A stretch of DNA of 58,345 bases, the filler included, from Sphacelaria rigidula (Eukaryota), in the NCBI GenBank assembly GCA_964200075.2. It is 3 parts of 3 records of this genome, joined end to end, with 100 filler letters (N's around TTAATTAATTAA, not from the genome) between each part and the next. Parts side by side here need not be neighbours in the genome. Positions count along the whole stretch, not along the records: positions 38,972 to 58,345 come from CAXNAA020000678.1; 2 more parts are not named here. One strand, 5' to 3'. The position numbers and the translations under genes were made by a program. Shown here in pieces: positions 38,872-50,300 of this stretch. How positions within the stretch are numbered: position 1 is the stretch's first letter; every line of letters begins with the position of its first letter. The notes beneath the pieces were generated by a model. The model made no database searches. It was given only the letters and a program-made list of their open reading frames with translations, and was not told the DNA's origin.

Positions 38872-38971
38872 NNNNNNNNNNNNNNNNNNNNNNNNNNNNN
38901 NNNNNNNNNNNNNNNTTAATTAATTAANNNNNNNNNNNNNNNNNNNNNNNNNNNNNNNNNNNNNNNNNNNN
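38872..38971. other. Artificial contig linker (N44-TTAATTAATTAA-N44)
   Basis: Same structure as 19389-19488. Confidence 0.98.
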
Positions 38972-40120
38972 GTGCCCTTTGTACCGAGCTTGCCAGCGGA
39001 CAGTCCACAAGTTTCGGCCGAGCATGCCCCGATGCTGACAACATCACCTCAACTGGACGCAGTTGCAGTTTTCCAAGAAGTCTTGGAAGTTCCCAGCCAT
39101 TTGTCACGGCACGAGAGGAAGTCTCGTCGTCATGCCCCCCAGGAAGCGCGAGCATTGACACGCCCCCGTCTCGTTAGCGGAAAGTTCCAACCTCATTCTC
39201 CCCCAAAAGCGGCGACTTTGAGCTCGATGACATTGCCAGGCATCCAAGAGGAATCCAAATCGGACCTTTCAGATGATATCGCATCCTCCACCGATGACCC
39301 CCGTAGCACTTCGCAGCAATCTCTATTCAATGATGACCCTTGTTCTTCCAAGCCAGTCATCTACGAGATTGATCAAAATCCTGATTCACGCTGCCCTTCA
39401 CGATCGGTTCAGACCCCCGAGCTGTCTACCGATACCTTCGAACCCCCCGCGGACCACCCGCCATCCGTTTTCACGGCCAGTCCAGACACTTTCTACCATA
39501 GCCCCCCCCCAAAACAGGCCAAAACGTGCATCAAAGAATTGCCCAAATACGGCGTCAGAGCTGGTTTAGGAGTGCACGAAACACTGCAGTCTTCAAGATG
39601 TGGGCGTGATAGCTGGTTTAGGACTGCAAGGCGCGCCCTACACCAGCGATGCTGGCAAACATGACAATAAGCGCGACACTTTCCATCTACTCGGTGCGCG
39701 CGGCTTATCCTACTTTGGCGCTTTTTATGCTGTCCGAAGGCTGGCGTTTCGTCATGCCGGCGATGTCCGAGCTGGAGGCAGTCAGTTCCCCCTCCTGGAC
39801 AGAAGCATGTTCGAGATTCTGAGGCACTTGCACGATACAACGCCTCGTGTTTGGTTTCAGCCTGCATGAAGCGCCTCATAGAGACTCACTCGGCAACACC
39901 GAACCCGGGCCCCGACGGAAACTCCCGGCTGCTAGGTATCCTCGGCTTCCTACCTTCCGATTCACGTGTAGCTTTTGCACTCACCAACCAATCAGCCTTT
40001 TCTTTTCGGGGGGCTATCGTAGGAAGTTCTCTCTGGGACGACGGCATTATCCTTCATCCACGTGAATTAGTTTATATCAACGACTACAGAAGTTGCAGCG
40101 GAGATTCATTATATTCGTAA
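38972..40120 (+). pseudogene. Decayed ORF of unknown function (Pro/Ser-rich N-part, frameshifted globular-looking C-part)
   Basis: Overlapping + strand frames 38972-39664, 39600-39869 and 39851-40120 join by apparent frameshifts; no family recognised. Confidence 0.4.
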
Positions 40121-40539
40121 GAGAAAAATCACAATCTCGGCGTCGCCATGGATACGCATGCAGGACGCCTACCGCTGAATACCTTTCCGCCAACGCATGC
40201 AGGGCTCCACGTATCTATACTATGCTGATGAAGACACAAGAGATGATGATGGGGAAGGGCCCCCACGGATGCCCAACCCACGTACACAAAGAAATTAATC
40301 ACAACAATGGGATACCTATTCAAGCCGAGTGGGGAAAACAAATGTCACCTTGCGTCGTTTGTCTTCGAGTATTACCTTGTTAGTGATACGATACTACTGC
40401 GCAGGTGATATGACCAGACGCTAGGTCATGCGGCGCTGCTGTTGGCAACAAACTCGTCGGTAGAGGCAAAAACATCTGCGCGTTCGTCTCGAGACATGTA
40501 CTACCAATACAACATGCATCGCCTCCCGCTACTTTAGCG

Positions 40540-43500
40540 GCATCATCAGCTCATACTACTCAGTAATCCGCCCGGAACCACCCCGAGTTGTGCGTCGTGT
40601 TTCCGAATCTGCTTTGGTGCTCCTCCACTTCCCCGCAGATTCAGCGGTTTTGGGGAATGTCCCTCCAATATCTCGAACCAAGCCGAGTAGGGATCCATCC
40701 CCTTGCCCGGGGAAATATATTTACCGACTCGATAACTCGTGCTCGAATTCCGAATGAAACAACCCCGATGCACCCGTTTTTGTGTCGCGGCGTGGTCCAG
40801 TATAGGGCGAAGATATATACCGTCTGGAAGCCGTATCCATGGTTTTTGACGGGTTTGTTCACTCGGAGGCTAAGGGTCAGCGGATGTCCGCGCCTTATCT
40901 CCGAATCGTCGTCGTCACCTTCCTCATGCAGGCCCGGAACGAGTACCTTCCACACGTCGGTTTCTTTACCGGGGATGTGGTTGTGACACATCTGCGTCCA
41001 AACTTGTCGTAGAACAGCCTGAATCTTATCCTGAACACTGCAGAAATCTTTGCGGGACGCCGACGGAGAGCACTTACAATTTAGGTTCACGGCTGTTGGC
41101 GACCGGAGGTACTCATTTGAAACACAGGAATTCACTCGTGGATACCCGCGCGCACATCTCGCCCACGACATGGTCCCGGTCCCACAAACCAGATATGTGC
41201 CCAGCTACGTTACGCTTGCTGATAGTCCGGCCACCGGCAATCATGGAAACGCGAGCGGTAACGTCATTCACGGGTTTCGAGTGGAACGGGTGGTGATGCA
41301 ACGCTCTATACTCCGCAAGGAGAATACTACATTAGCCCCCCTCCGCGTCTCCGGTTAGGCACCCATGAGGCAGTGTAAAAGCCGTGGCTGTCTCTGGAAG
41401 TGGTGATACCACAAAATACAGCAACTCATTGTTGCCTGTCATCCAAATGCAAGATTATCGGCACGCTTCGGGCCGAACAATCACAGCAAGGTACGCTTCA
41501 CACCCTTCATGCGGCTCGACGAACACACCACGGCGCTTCGCGCTTCGTGGTTTGAGTGCAAGCCTGATCCGGCGAAAGCCCGGCGTGCTCCACCCCGCAT
41601 TTGTAGGAGGATGCGAGGACAAATGGTGTTCTGACTATGACATGCATGATCATGAGTATACCCCCCCTCTCCCTCCCCCCCCAGCAACGTCGTCGTTGGT
41701 CTCCAGCGTGGTCGGGGGGACTGTCGATGAAGCGAGAGTGCGGGCAGTGAGATCATCGGCCCTATCGTCCGCATCTCCGTCGGGAGACGGACTATCAGGA
41801 TCCGAAAAAGACGAGTCATCGTCATCTCTGATGAAAAAACGCGATCATTTTTTTGCGTTTTTTTTTCGTTCGAGGCGGTGTTGCTGCCCCCACAGGGGCT
41901 ACTAGTGGTTCTAATACCACAGCGATCTCCGCCGCCGTCGCTCACGGTAATGAAGGAACCTTCACCGCCCGAGTCTCGGATGGACGGAGGGGCTTGTCGA
42001 TGCGCTCTGTCGGTGTCGTGGGCTCCTGATCCGTCCCCGTCCCCCTTCTTCCTCTTGGTTGGGCGTGCATCGGCGCGATCTGTCTTGCCAGCGGTATTTC
42101 CGCCTGGGACGTTGTGGCCGTGGGCACGTGCACGACCGGCGTTCACCACTCCGCGTCCCAAGTTACCCGTAGTCCACTCGCTTCCGAAACCGCCGGCGTG
42201 TCCGCCCCTGTCGTCTACGGCGTCGCCCACACCCTCACTGTGACCCCCCTTGTTGCCGCTGTCATCCCTTGCAACTGTGGCCGGCGGCGGAGACATCTTC
42301 TTTTGGTTTCGCCCTCGCCTGTGCTTGGCGGCGGAGAATGGGTTCCTACCGGGATTATTGACGACATCCAAATCTCCGTTACATGGTCAACGGTTATGCA
42401 TACCACTGTCGAGACAGTTACTGTCGGATGCTAAACATATTCATAGCTTCGTGGAGTAGAAGACAGGAGGACATTATGTCGCAACACAGAATACATGCCT
42501 ACCTGGAGGCACATTTTTATATGCTCTCCCCCTATGACACGATGTGATGAAATTCCCTTCCGCGTTGGATGACGCGCACATATATCCCCCGTTTTTTTCA
42601 GTGACCCCCGTCATTACGGGAGCATACATGGAGCAGTCGAGTTCACAGTGTCACCCATATTCCCGTTTTCTGGAGGCGTGCAGCGAAATAAGCAACATAT
42701 TTCATGATCATCTCACCACTGGGTCTTTTCTTCCGCCACTGTGAAGCGCACTACGCCATCTGCGCCGCCAAATGGTTGACTCCAACTGCTCACAGATGAT
42801 CACAGGGATGGGCATCGTTACGGGCGTGGAGTCGTCGTTGTCTTTCCGGAATGTGACTAATTTCGCCTCGAGTTTTGGACCTGGGAGGAAGGAAAAGAGG
42901 GAGTCGCGTGCCCGGGTATGTCCGGGGGAGAAGAGAAGCAAGTTCGGGAAGGAAGGGTACCCGTCAGCGGTCCCCGCGGTCTAAACATATGCCGGATAAT
43001 CGTGTCAATTGTTGTGCTGAAACAACACCGCTCAGGGCAGCAGCGTGGTTGGTAGAAGGTATCGCACACGCAGAGGAGGGTGGTTGGGGGAACTGTAGGC
43101 CACGAACATTGTGATTTGTTTCGCTTTCTGAACTCAGGCATCGACTGCGGCTTGGTACGAAACAGGCCACATGATGCATGCGTGTTTTCTGGCGGCGGAA
43201 GATACACAGCGGAATTCCTGGGAAATTTTTATATGTGATGATTAAAATCCTCAGACGGCAATCGGCATGGGGAATGTCCTTCGCATGAAAAAGCGAGGAG
43301 GTGAATTTTTGGCTACGGACTCGACGGTTCTCTGGTTTTAGGAACCAAACATCGTCTTCGTTTTTAGACGGTTCTCGCAACGTGAAACGGGCGTGTTTGG
43401 TGGCGGCAGTGAGTAGACACGGTATTTCATGGCAAAACCCGTATATGTCATTAACGATATGATCAATGTAGGGCGGCAATCGCCGCTTGAGGTATTCATC

Positions 43501-46000
43501 ACGGCGTGTGGTAGCATTTGTGTGATTTGTTGCCTATGGAGATCATGTTGGGGGGAGGGGGGCGTTTCCATCGGTTTGTGAAACCAGACGCAAACTCGCA
43601 AATGGGGATGCCCTGACCCATATTCTTGCGGAGTAGAATGGTTGGGAGCCCCTGAACAAGACGAGAGTTAGCGCCATAAGGGCCCCGGTACCGCAGCATT
43701 GCCTCTGTGAGAACGCACCCAGTTCAACTCAGTGCTATTTCATGTGTGCGTGTGCATATCGAGCATGCAACGTCTGTATCCTGTCGCGAGCTTTGCATCG
43801 GGTTATTAGGAGCCAAGTGATGCTGTGACTTCATCTCACCGGGTGGGGCACGTGCTGCGGTGGTGGTGGTAGTGGACCCGGCACCACCGGCGGCTGTGGC
43901 GGAGACACCAGCTACTTGTCCGACATACCTTCTTTCCGCCTTAGGTGGGAAATATTCTCCGTCCGTAGTCAATTTATGTCCGGGACGGATGCTGAGTAGG
44001 AGCTCTTTGAATTCGTTGGTGTACTTTCCCTCCTTCAAGTGTTCAACGACGGCTTTGAAGTCCTTGGTGATGTCGTCAACTTTGGCAGCGACGTGCTGCG
44101 TGTGCAGCAATCCCAGGACGGTGAAGATGATCACGAGCTTTCGCCGAGTTGCTGTCTCGATGTGGTTGATTTCAGTTACCTTGTCCGTCACCTGTGTGAC
44201 GGAGGCAGCGGGCATCGAGCGAAATAAGCACAGGGGCGCCCCATGGATAGTCCCGAGGGCACCCGGTTTGGCGAGGGCGGGGGAAGAGGGAGGGGGTCCA
44301 GCTCGGTGGGGGCGAGTAATAAGTGCAATAGGTATCTCGTGATCATTTCCTAAATGTCTTGTGTCTTCTGAAGCATGCACCTTGTCCGCGGTGCTACCAG
44401 ATGTCGAAAGACACAGACACTCTCTCGGTTCCAGGATGACAACGCCATCTGCAACGTTTGCTTGCGTGTTGACCGATGAATGGGGTGTATGACATTTGTT
44501 AAAGCTACCGAGTGGGAGTCGTGCCTACCTGGCGGGCGAGCACACGTTCATGGTGTTTTGCTGTTTAATACATGCGGATGTACCCACAAACTCGTAGATG
44601 GTGATCGCGTCGAAGGTGATCGGATGTGAGCACATGGACGCATGTGGCAACTGCTTCCACCCCATGTCGAACTTCGACTTGTTGCTAAACCGGGCGTTTT
44701 TCTTCACCAGCCGACCCTGGGCTTTGTTGAGGTTTATGGAGTTCGCCCTCACCAGAGAACCCTGGAACACCTTGTGATATGCGGTGTCCATCCAGTCGAA
44801 CACGTCTCCACTCTCCTGCGTGTCCCTCGCGCGCAGACGACGGTCGATGAGCGTATAGGAGTGAGATGCGATCGCCGCACGGGCGTCGGCCGAGTGCACC
44901 CACCTCACAGCTTCCTTTGCGAAGGCCATTCGACGTTGCCACCATTTTTTGCTATTTTTGTGTTGTGACCATCGGCAACGATGCCCGAATGGGCGTCACC
45001 ATCTCCGTGGGGTGTAGACTTGCCCCCCTCAGTGTCCCCATCGTCTTCATGGGGTGAAGCCGGCTCCCCTGAGGACTCTTGCTCTCTCCTCAGGTCCCAC
45101 TGCAATTCGCAGGCAATTTCCACCACTTGCTCCGACGATTCCGTGCCGCAGTGCTTCCCTCGCAGAACGTGGACGCCACGTCGTGTGCGAGGTGCAACGC
45201 CTTTAGTGACCGGACGAAGTTCGTCGCCTGTGTATTCACGCCTTTGTCCCTAATGAGGGAATGTAGGGTGGCGTCGCATAAGCAGCGCCTATCGAGGCCG
45301 AAGAGGAAGCTGTAGGCGTGGAGGTTGAGCAGCGACGAACCTGGGTCGTTCTGCGGGGTTGAAGGCACATCAGGGTCAATGGCGAGGCGATATCACATTG
45401 TGACCGGAGGGGACATGTATCGCGAGGTACTGTTGTAGATGTGAGTGGAAATGCATCAAACGTACATCGCACGGCTCGGTTGGTTCGGCAGTGTGCCGAT
45501 GGACAGGTGTCGTCATCGCGCGTTGGCGTGCTGATATTAATACGCATTTATTTTCAGGTGTGTATTTCACCCGTGGTCCACCTCAGGTCACCGAATCGAT
45601 TAGCGTTACAGGGTGACCCACCTGCTTCATTCCTGCCTTTTCTTCATGTGTGAAGCGCTGCATCAGAACATCAGCCAGCGGCCAGTCGTCGTGCAGAGCC
45701 ATCGCGTATACCAGCGTAACGAGGTACTGAAGTTTGTTGGAGGGGGTCTCATCAGCCGGTTTCCCTGGAGACGTCAGGACGTATTTAACCAACTATTCTT
45801 TGACGTAGGTACTAAGCCGACGCCAGATAGTGTTCGTGTCATCTTTCTTCTTGTTGTTGCTTATCGGCGGATTCCCCCATAGCTTCGACTTTCGTTGCTC
45901 GTTTTCCAAGACGGTGCTCAGTTGCTCCGGAGTTGTTAATTCGTCTCTCAACGACGCCTGTCGGATAATGGGTACCAGAATCCCGATCACCGAGGTCATG
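40540..46000 (-). pseudogene. Decayed, probably spliced coding sequence(s) of unknown family
   Basis: Series of protein-like minus-strand frames (40641-41171, 41481-42371, 42964-43479, 43724-44380, 44525-44929, 45090-45368, 45583-45999) joined by single stops or frameshifts, e.g. YVKE*LVKYV; ~80-nt GT-AG intron candidate at 44449-44528. Confidence 0.45.
41523..41681 (+). repeat. Poly(C)-tailed element family B, long copy
   Basis: Aligns end to end with 10098-10240. Confidence 0.85.
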
Positions 46001-46899
46001 CCCGGTTTCTGTCATCGGTGGCAAACACGCGTGATAGAATCCATGACGGGCATACGCGCCTACGGTTATCATACGCCGCAGGGAGTGATACCGTACGGAT
46101 GGCGATCTGTGCTCGCAGATGTTCACGAAAGCATCGCCCGAAAACACGAACCCGACGATACCAACGAAGGGATGGTACTACATTAAATCAATCACGCACC
46201 GCTTCCCAGAGGCCGTGCTGTGTGGCATATGGCTGGTTTGTGGAACCAAGTCTTATGCCGCGCACGCGAGCAGCAACGGGTGAAGTGGCACTGCAGACAT
46301 GCTGTATGTGTGAAAGTGGGTTGGTGTGGCGTCTCTCTCGTGAAACAAGGAGAATAACACGGTCGCGCCGACAATCGGAACAGTGGTGAGATAAGGTTGT
46401 GCCACGGGAGAGGTCTTGGTGGTGGTTTGCATTGTGTGGTGTCGTCGGCCGGTTGAACCATGCCGATATTGCGAGGGCCCACGCTCGCGCCACACAAACG
46501 TATGAACTCCATTTGATACAATGGTGCATTTTCCTTCGGTACCTATAACCAGTGCTACTCTTGTAAGTAAACGACACTTTCAACGATAGCCCCCCCCAAA
46601 CAAAACCAGCTCAAAAGTGTCATGAAAAAAATGGCCATACAGCACCTGATATTTGGGTTCAGGCTGCATGAAGGGCGTCATGTTGGTGCCATTGGCTAGA
46701 ACGAACCCAATCGTGGGAATTCCCAGCTTCTCGTTGTGCTCGGCATTTCCCATTTCGATTTACGTGGTGAAGATTTTAGCTCCAAAAGCATGCACTCTTT
46801 TGGGGGGGGGGGCTGTCGTAGCACGTGTCGAATCTACAGGATATGAGACAATCGTTAGCGCCCGTATATCCGCCTCGATTCGCGGGATTCATAACGTGT

Positions 46900-48860
46900 G
46901 TTGAGGGGTTTCGTGAAGCAGCTGTCCGTCCATGATACGCATGAGATTGCTTCCAAGGTTTGCTGTTGTTTGCGTCGAATGTTGGCAGAGTTCAAACGTA
47001 TAGAGCTGGTTTCATAAACCGGGTGTTACTCTATGATGCCCGGCGATTCAGTTATGTCTGCGGGTGTGCCGTTGGTCAGGCCGCACGATATATCGTGAGC
47101 GTCTCTGCGTGAGTGTGTATGCACCCCCGTTCGTGGCCATCGTGGTCCATTCCGTAAGATTTCATAGACGGGTTGATTTTCCACGACGCGCAAGACGTCA
47201 CTATATTTTCGTGCTACGTATATGGTACGCAGTCGGGCGAGATGTGGTCAGTGTTTGGGCGACTGCACGCATCCTTGTTAATGATCGCTGTTACGTGTGT
47301 ACCGGTTGCTGCTATGAACAACCGGTTGTTCTTTAGTGATGTGCAAAGCCAGTGTCATTGACCTCGTTTCATGTTTATGTACATTCGCGGGATACAGGTA
47401 GCGTGCGCGCGAGTGAATTGTTGCCTCGCTCGCTTTCTGGCAAAGTGCACAAGTAATAATGGATGCCATAAATCCGCTGTTACTCCGTGAAGCCCTGCCT
47501 CGAGCGTTCGCGTGGTTGCATGCATCCCGGCTCATGGCCTGCGTGATGTCTATTGTTTGGTTTCATAAGCCAGTGGATGGTCTGCGACGTGCGGGACATG
47601 GATGGTTTATATATATATTCTGGTCACTTTGTACTCTGACCGCAGAAATGTGGTCAGCGTTCGCGTTACCAGTTTTACTCCGGGTACAGGTCGCGAATAT
47701 GTGCATTGGTCTGTTTCATGAATTGGCGCTCATGCGACGGTGCGCTGGATATGGCTCTTTGTTTTCCCATGGGTGTGAGGTGTTAATGAATTCAGTAAAT
47801 GTCGGCGGCGGGCGCGCGATATTGTTTGCGTGGGTTTATGGTAGACTGCAGACGTATAGAGCTGGTTTCATAAACCGATGGTTATTCCGTGATGCCCAGC
47901 AATTCGGTTGCGTCTCTGGGTGCGCTGTACGTTACGCCGCGATATGTCGTGCGCGTCTCTCCGTGAGAGTTTATGCACCCTTGTTCAGGTCCATCGTGGT
48001 CCATCGTGGGTGCTTTCATACACCGGTTGATGTCTTACTACGCGCAAGATGTTTTATTATTCTTGCGACGCATTTGTCCGTTGATGAGAGAGACGTGGTC
48101 AGGTTTTGGGTTCCAGCATGCATCCTGGATACTGCCCGCTAGTATGAGTGCTGGTTGTTTGCGTGGGTTTGTGGATACTGTGCGCTAGCAATGTTTCCCA
48201 CGTGCAGCGTAAACGAATCCAGCAAATGTCCGCAGCGGGCGCGCGATAGCTCCTGCGTGGAGTTGTGGTAAAGTGCCAACCTATATTACTGGTTTCGTGA
48301 ACCACTCGTGATTCTGTCATTGCCGGGGATAATGTATCCGGGTGCCCTATAGGTTGGGCTGTGATATATCGTGATCGTCTGCGTGAGTGTTTGCGTCCCC
48401 GTTCATGTCCGTCCTGACGTGTACAGTAATGTTTCACACACCAGTTTATATTCAACGACGCATATGATGCCCCTCTTATCTCGCGAGGTATGTTGTACGT
48501 GGACCAGAGGGATGCGGGCAGCGTCGGTGCCACACCATGCATCCTGGATACTGGCCGCTAAGACGTGAACTTCTTGCTATCGTGAATCATCGGTTGTTAT
48601 TCGATTACGTGCAAGAGAAGTGTACATGTCTTACCGAGATTGATTTTAAATACCTCCGTGGGATATCGGTAGCGTGCGCGCGAGTGTTTCTGTGTCGGTT
48701 GGTGGCAGTCAACGTGTTAGAATCTGGTTTCGTGAACCAGCTGTTGCTGTGTCGGTTAGTGCCAGTCAAAGTGTTTGAAGCTGGTTCCATAAACCAGCTG
48801 TTTCTGTGCCGATTAGTGCCAATCAAGGTGTTTGAAGCTGGTTTCATAAACCAGCTGTTG
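46900..48860. repeat. Degenerate ~145-bp tandem array with ~430-bp higher-order period, each unit carrying the palindromic core TGGTTT-CAT-AAACCA
   Basis: Cores near 46905, 47006, 47157, 47302, 47460, 47557, 47711, 47862, 48011, 48151, 48289, 48429, 48724, 48781, 48838. Blocks starting 47006, 47862 and 48289 align over hundreds of bp. Confidence 0.85.
48686..48856 (+). repeat. 3 x 57-bp tandem repeat
   Basis: GTTKCTGTGYCGRTTRGTGSCARTCAA.GTGTTWGAAKCTGGTTYCRTRAACCAGCT x3. Confidence 0.9.
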
Positions 48861-49247
48861 CTTTGGGAAACCTGGCAAGTCTTTCGCGTGTATAATTCTA
48901 TTCTGGAGAAAGGCGCGAGTTGTCGCGAGCGCGCGCTCGATAGTATGCGACCCGGTTCATGGCAGTCTTTCCGTATTACGTGGGTTTCGCCTGTCCTCTT
49001 GAAGGGAGTAAAGGCCCCAAATCACATTCGTCAAATTGTCGTATGTGTTCCATCGTTGTAATGGCGGTGCGGGTAAACCACTGTCGCGGGATCCGACTGT
49101 GTGTTCGACTTGTTCCGAAATTGATATGGTGACGATGCCACTGGTTGCTGCTCAAGTGTGCTGCAGTGGCATCGGATTTACAATATTTGGATATTTTCGA
49201 TGTGGTGAACATCCGGGTATGTTCCCGGTGCATATCTCCAACGCCGA

Positions 49248-50300
49248 CTACTTATGTGTGTGCAACCACCCGCCGAAAAGGGGTGCATGATCGCAAATCT
49301 GAATTTTTAGCGGGTGTTTCTTTCCAAGCGTCACCTTCGACAGCTCCTCGGCAGTGTGCTGCTCGTGACCGATGCGCCTGGCTCCGTCGTGATCCATGAA
49401 GTCGTAAACCCTCGCGGATATTCCCGGGTGGTGTTGTTGAGCCGTCTCCTCCATGATGTGTTTCAACTCGGTTATTTCTGACTCCGTGGGGCACGCGCGG
49501 GTGGGTGGGTGCAAGCGAACACATATGTAAATACTCTCAAATGAGTCATATGTGACATGTGGGTGGCCCTCTGTTCTCTGTGACACGTTCGCGATGGGCG
49601 CCATACCCCGTCACGAATATATTTGCATACCTGTCGTGCTCGGTCGAGTAGTATTTTCGAGGACTCCGGTGCAGCGCTGCAGGAGGTTGTAGTCGTCGCT
49701 GTAAACCATCATAAACAAGGTGCTCCGCGTCTGGCCTTGGATGGAAACGAACGACGGCTTTTTTTCCGTGAATGTCCTGGGCGGGGTGCCAAATCGATCG
49801 ATGTCCTGTGATTACGAGCGCCCGCAACAAAAAACATGGATGCTGTTCAGCGTAAGGATGACGTCTTCGCTGCGGTGTTCTTTTATGATTGAGTGCTTGG
49901 TTGCAAGATTATGTCACATTAGCTGATTGCGACAATCCAGCCCGTGGTCTGGTGGTTTCATGTGTTGTGATCATGCAAGTGGTGCTCACGGCTTGCAGCC
50001 CCGCGGTGACGTGAAGCCATCGGCGGACACTATTTCACCATCGCATCCCACCTTGGTATGCGATATGAGAAAAGCGGTACATCTACCGCGTGCTCACGAG
50101 CTCGTGTACTTGCCCATCCGCCCACTGCTTCTCACCCACATAGTACACTTCATAACCTCAGCCCATGACGCCGTGCTCCTGACCAGTAGCGGCTTGATGG
50201 CCACTTCGAACTTCTCTAGCGCTTGGGTATGAGGGTGACTATGAAGAGAACGTGTTTCCGGGACAATGGGGGTGGGCGGTTGGGGACATGAGCACCTCGT
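49248..50300 (-). pseudogene. Decayed coding sequence of unknown family abutting the truncated Gypsy
   Basis: Long minus-strand frame with isolated stops (...KKPSFVSIQGQTRSTLFMMVYSDDYNLLQ...IYS*RGMAPIANV...). Confidence 0.35.

Noticed and set aside
46900-48860. CRISPR-like repeat-spacer array
   Set aside because: Spacers are homologous to each other and ~130 bp long, repeats are degenerate, the context is eukaryotic, and no cas genes are present.
47459-49061. ORFs of 227 aa and 174 aa
   Set aside because: They lie in the tandem array; the core motif is read in different frames in different units, so there is no frame conservation.
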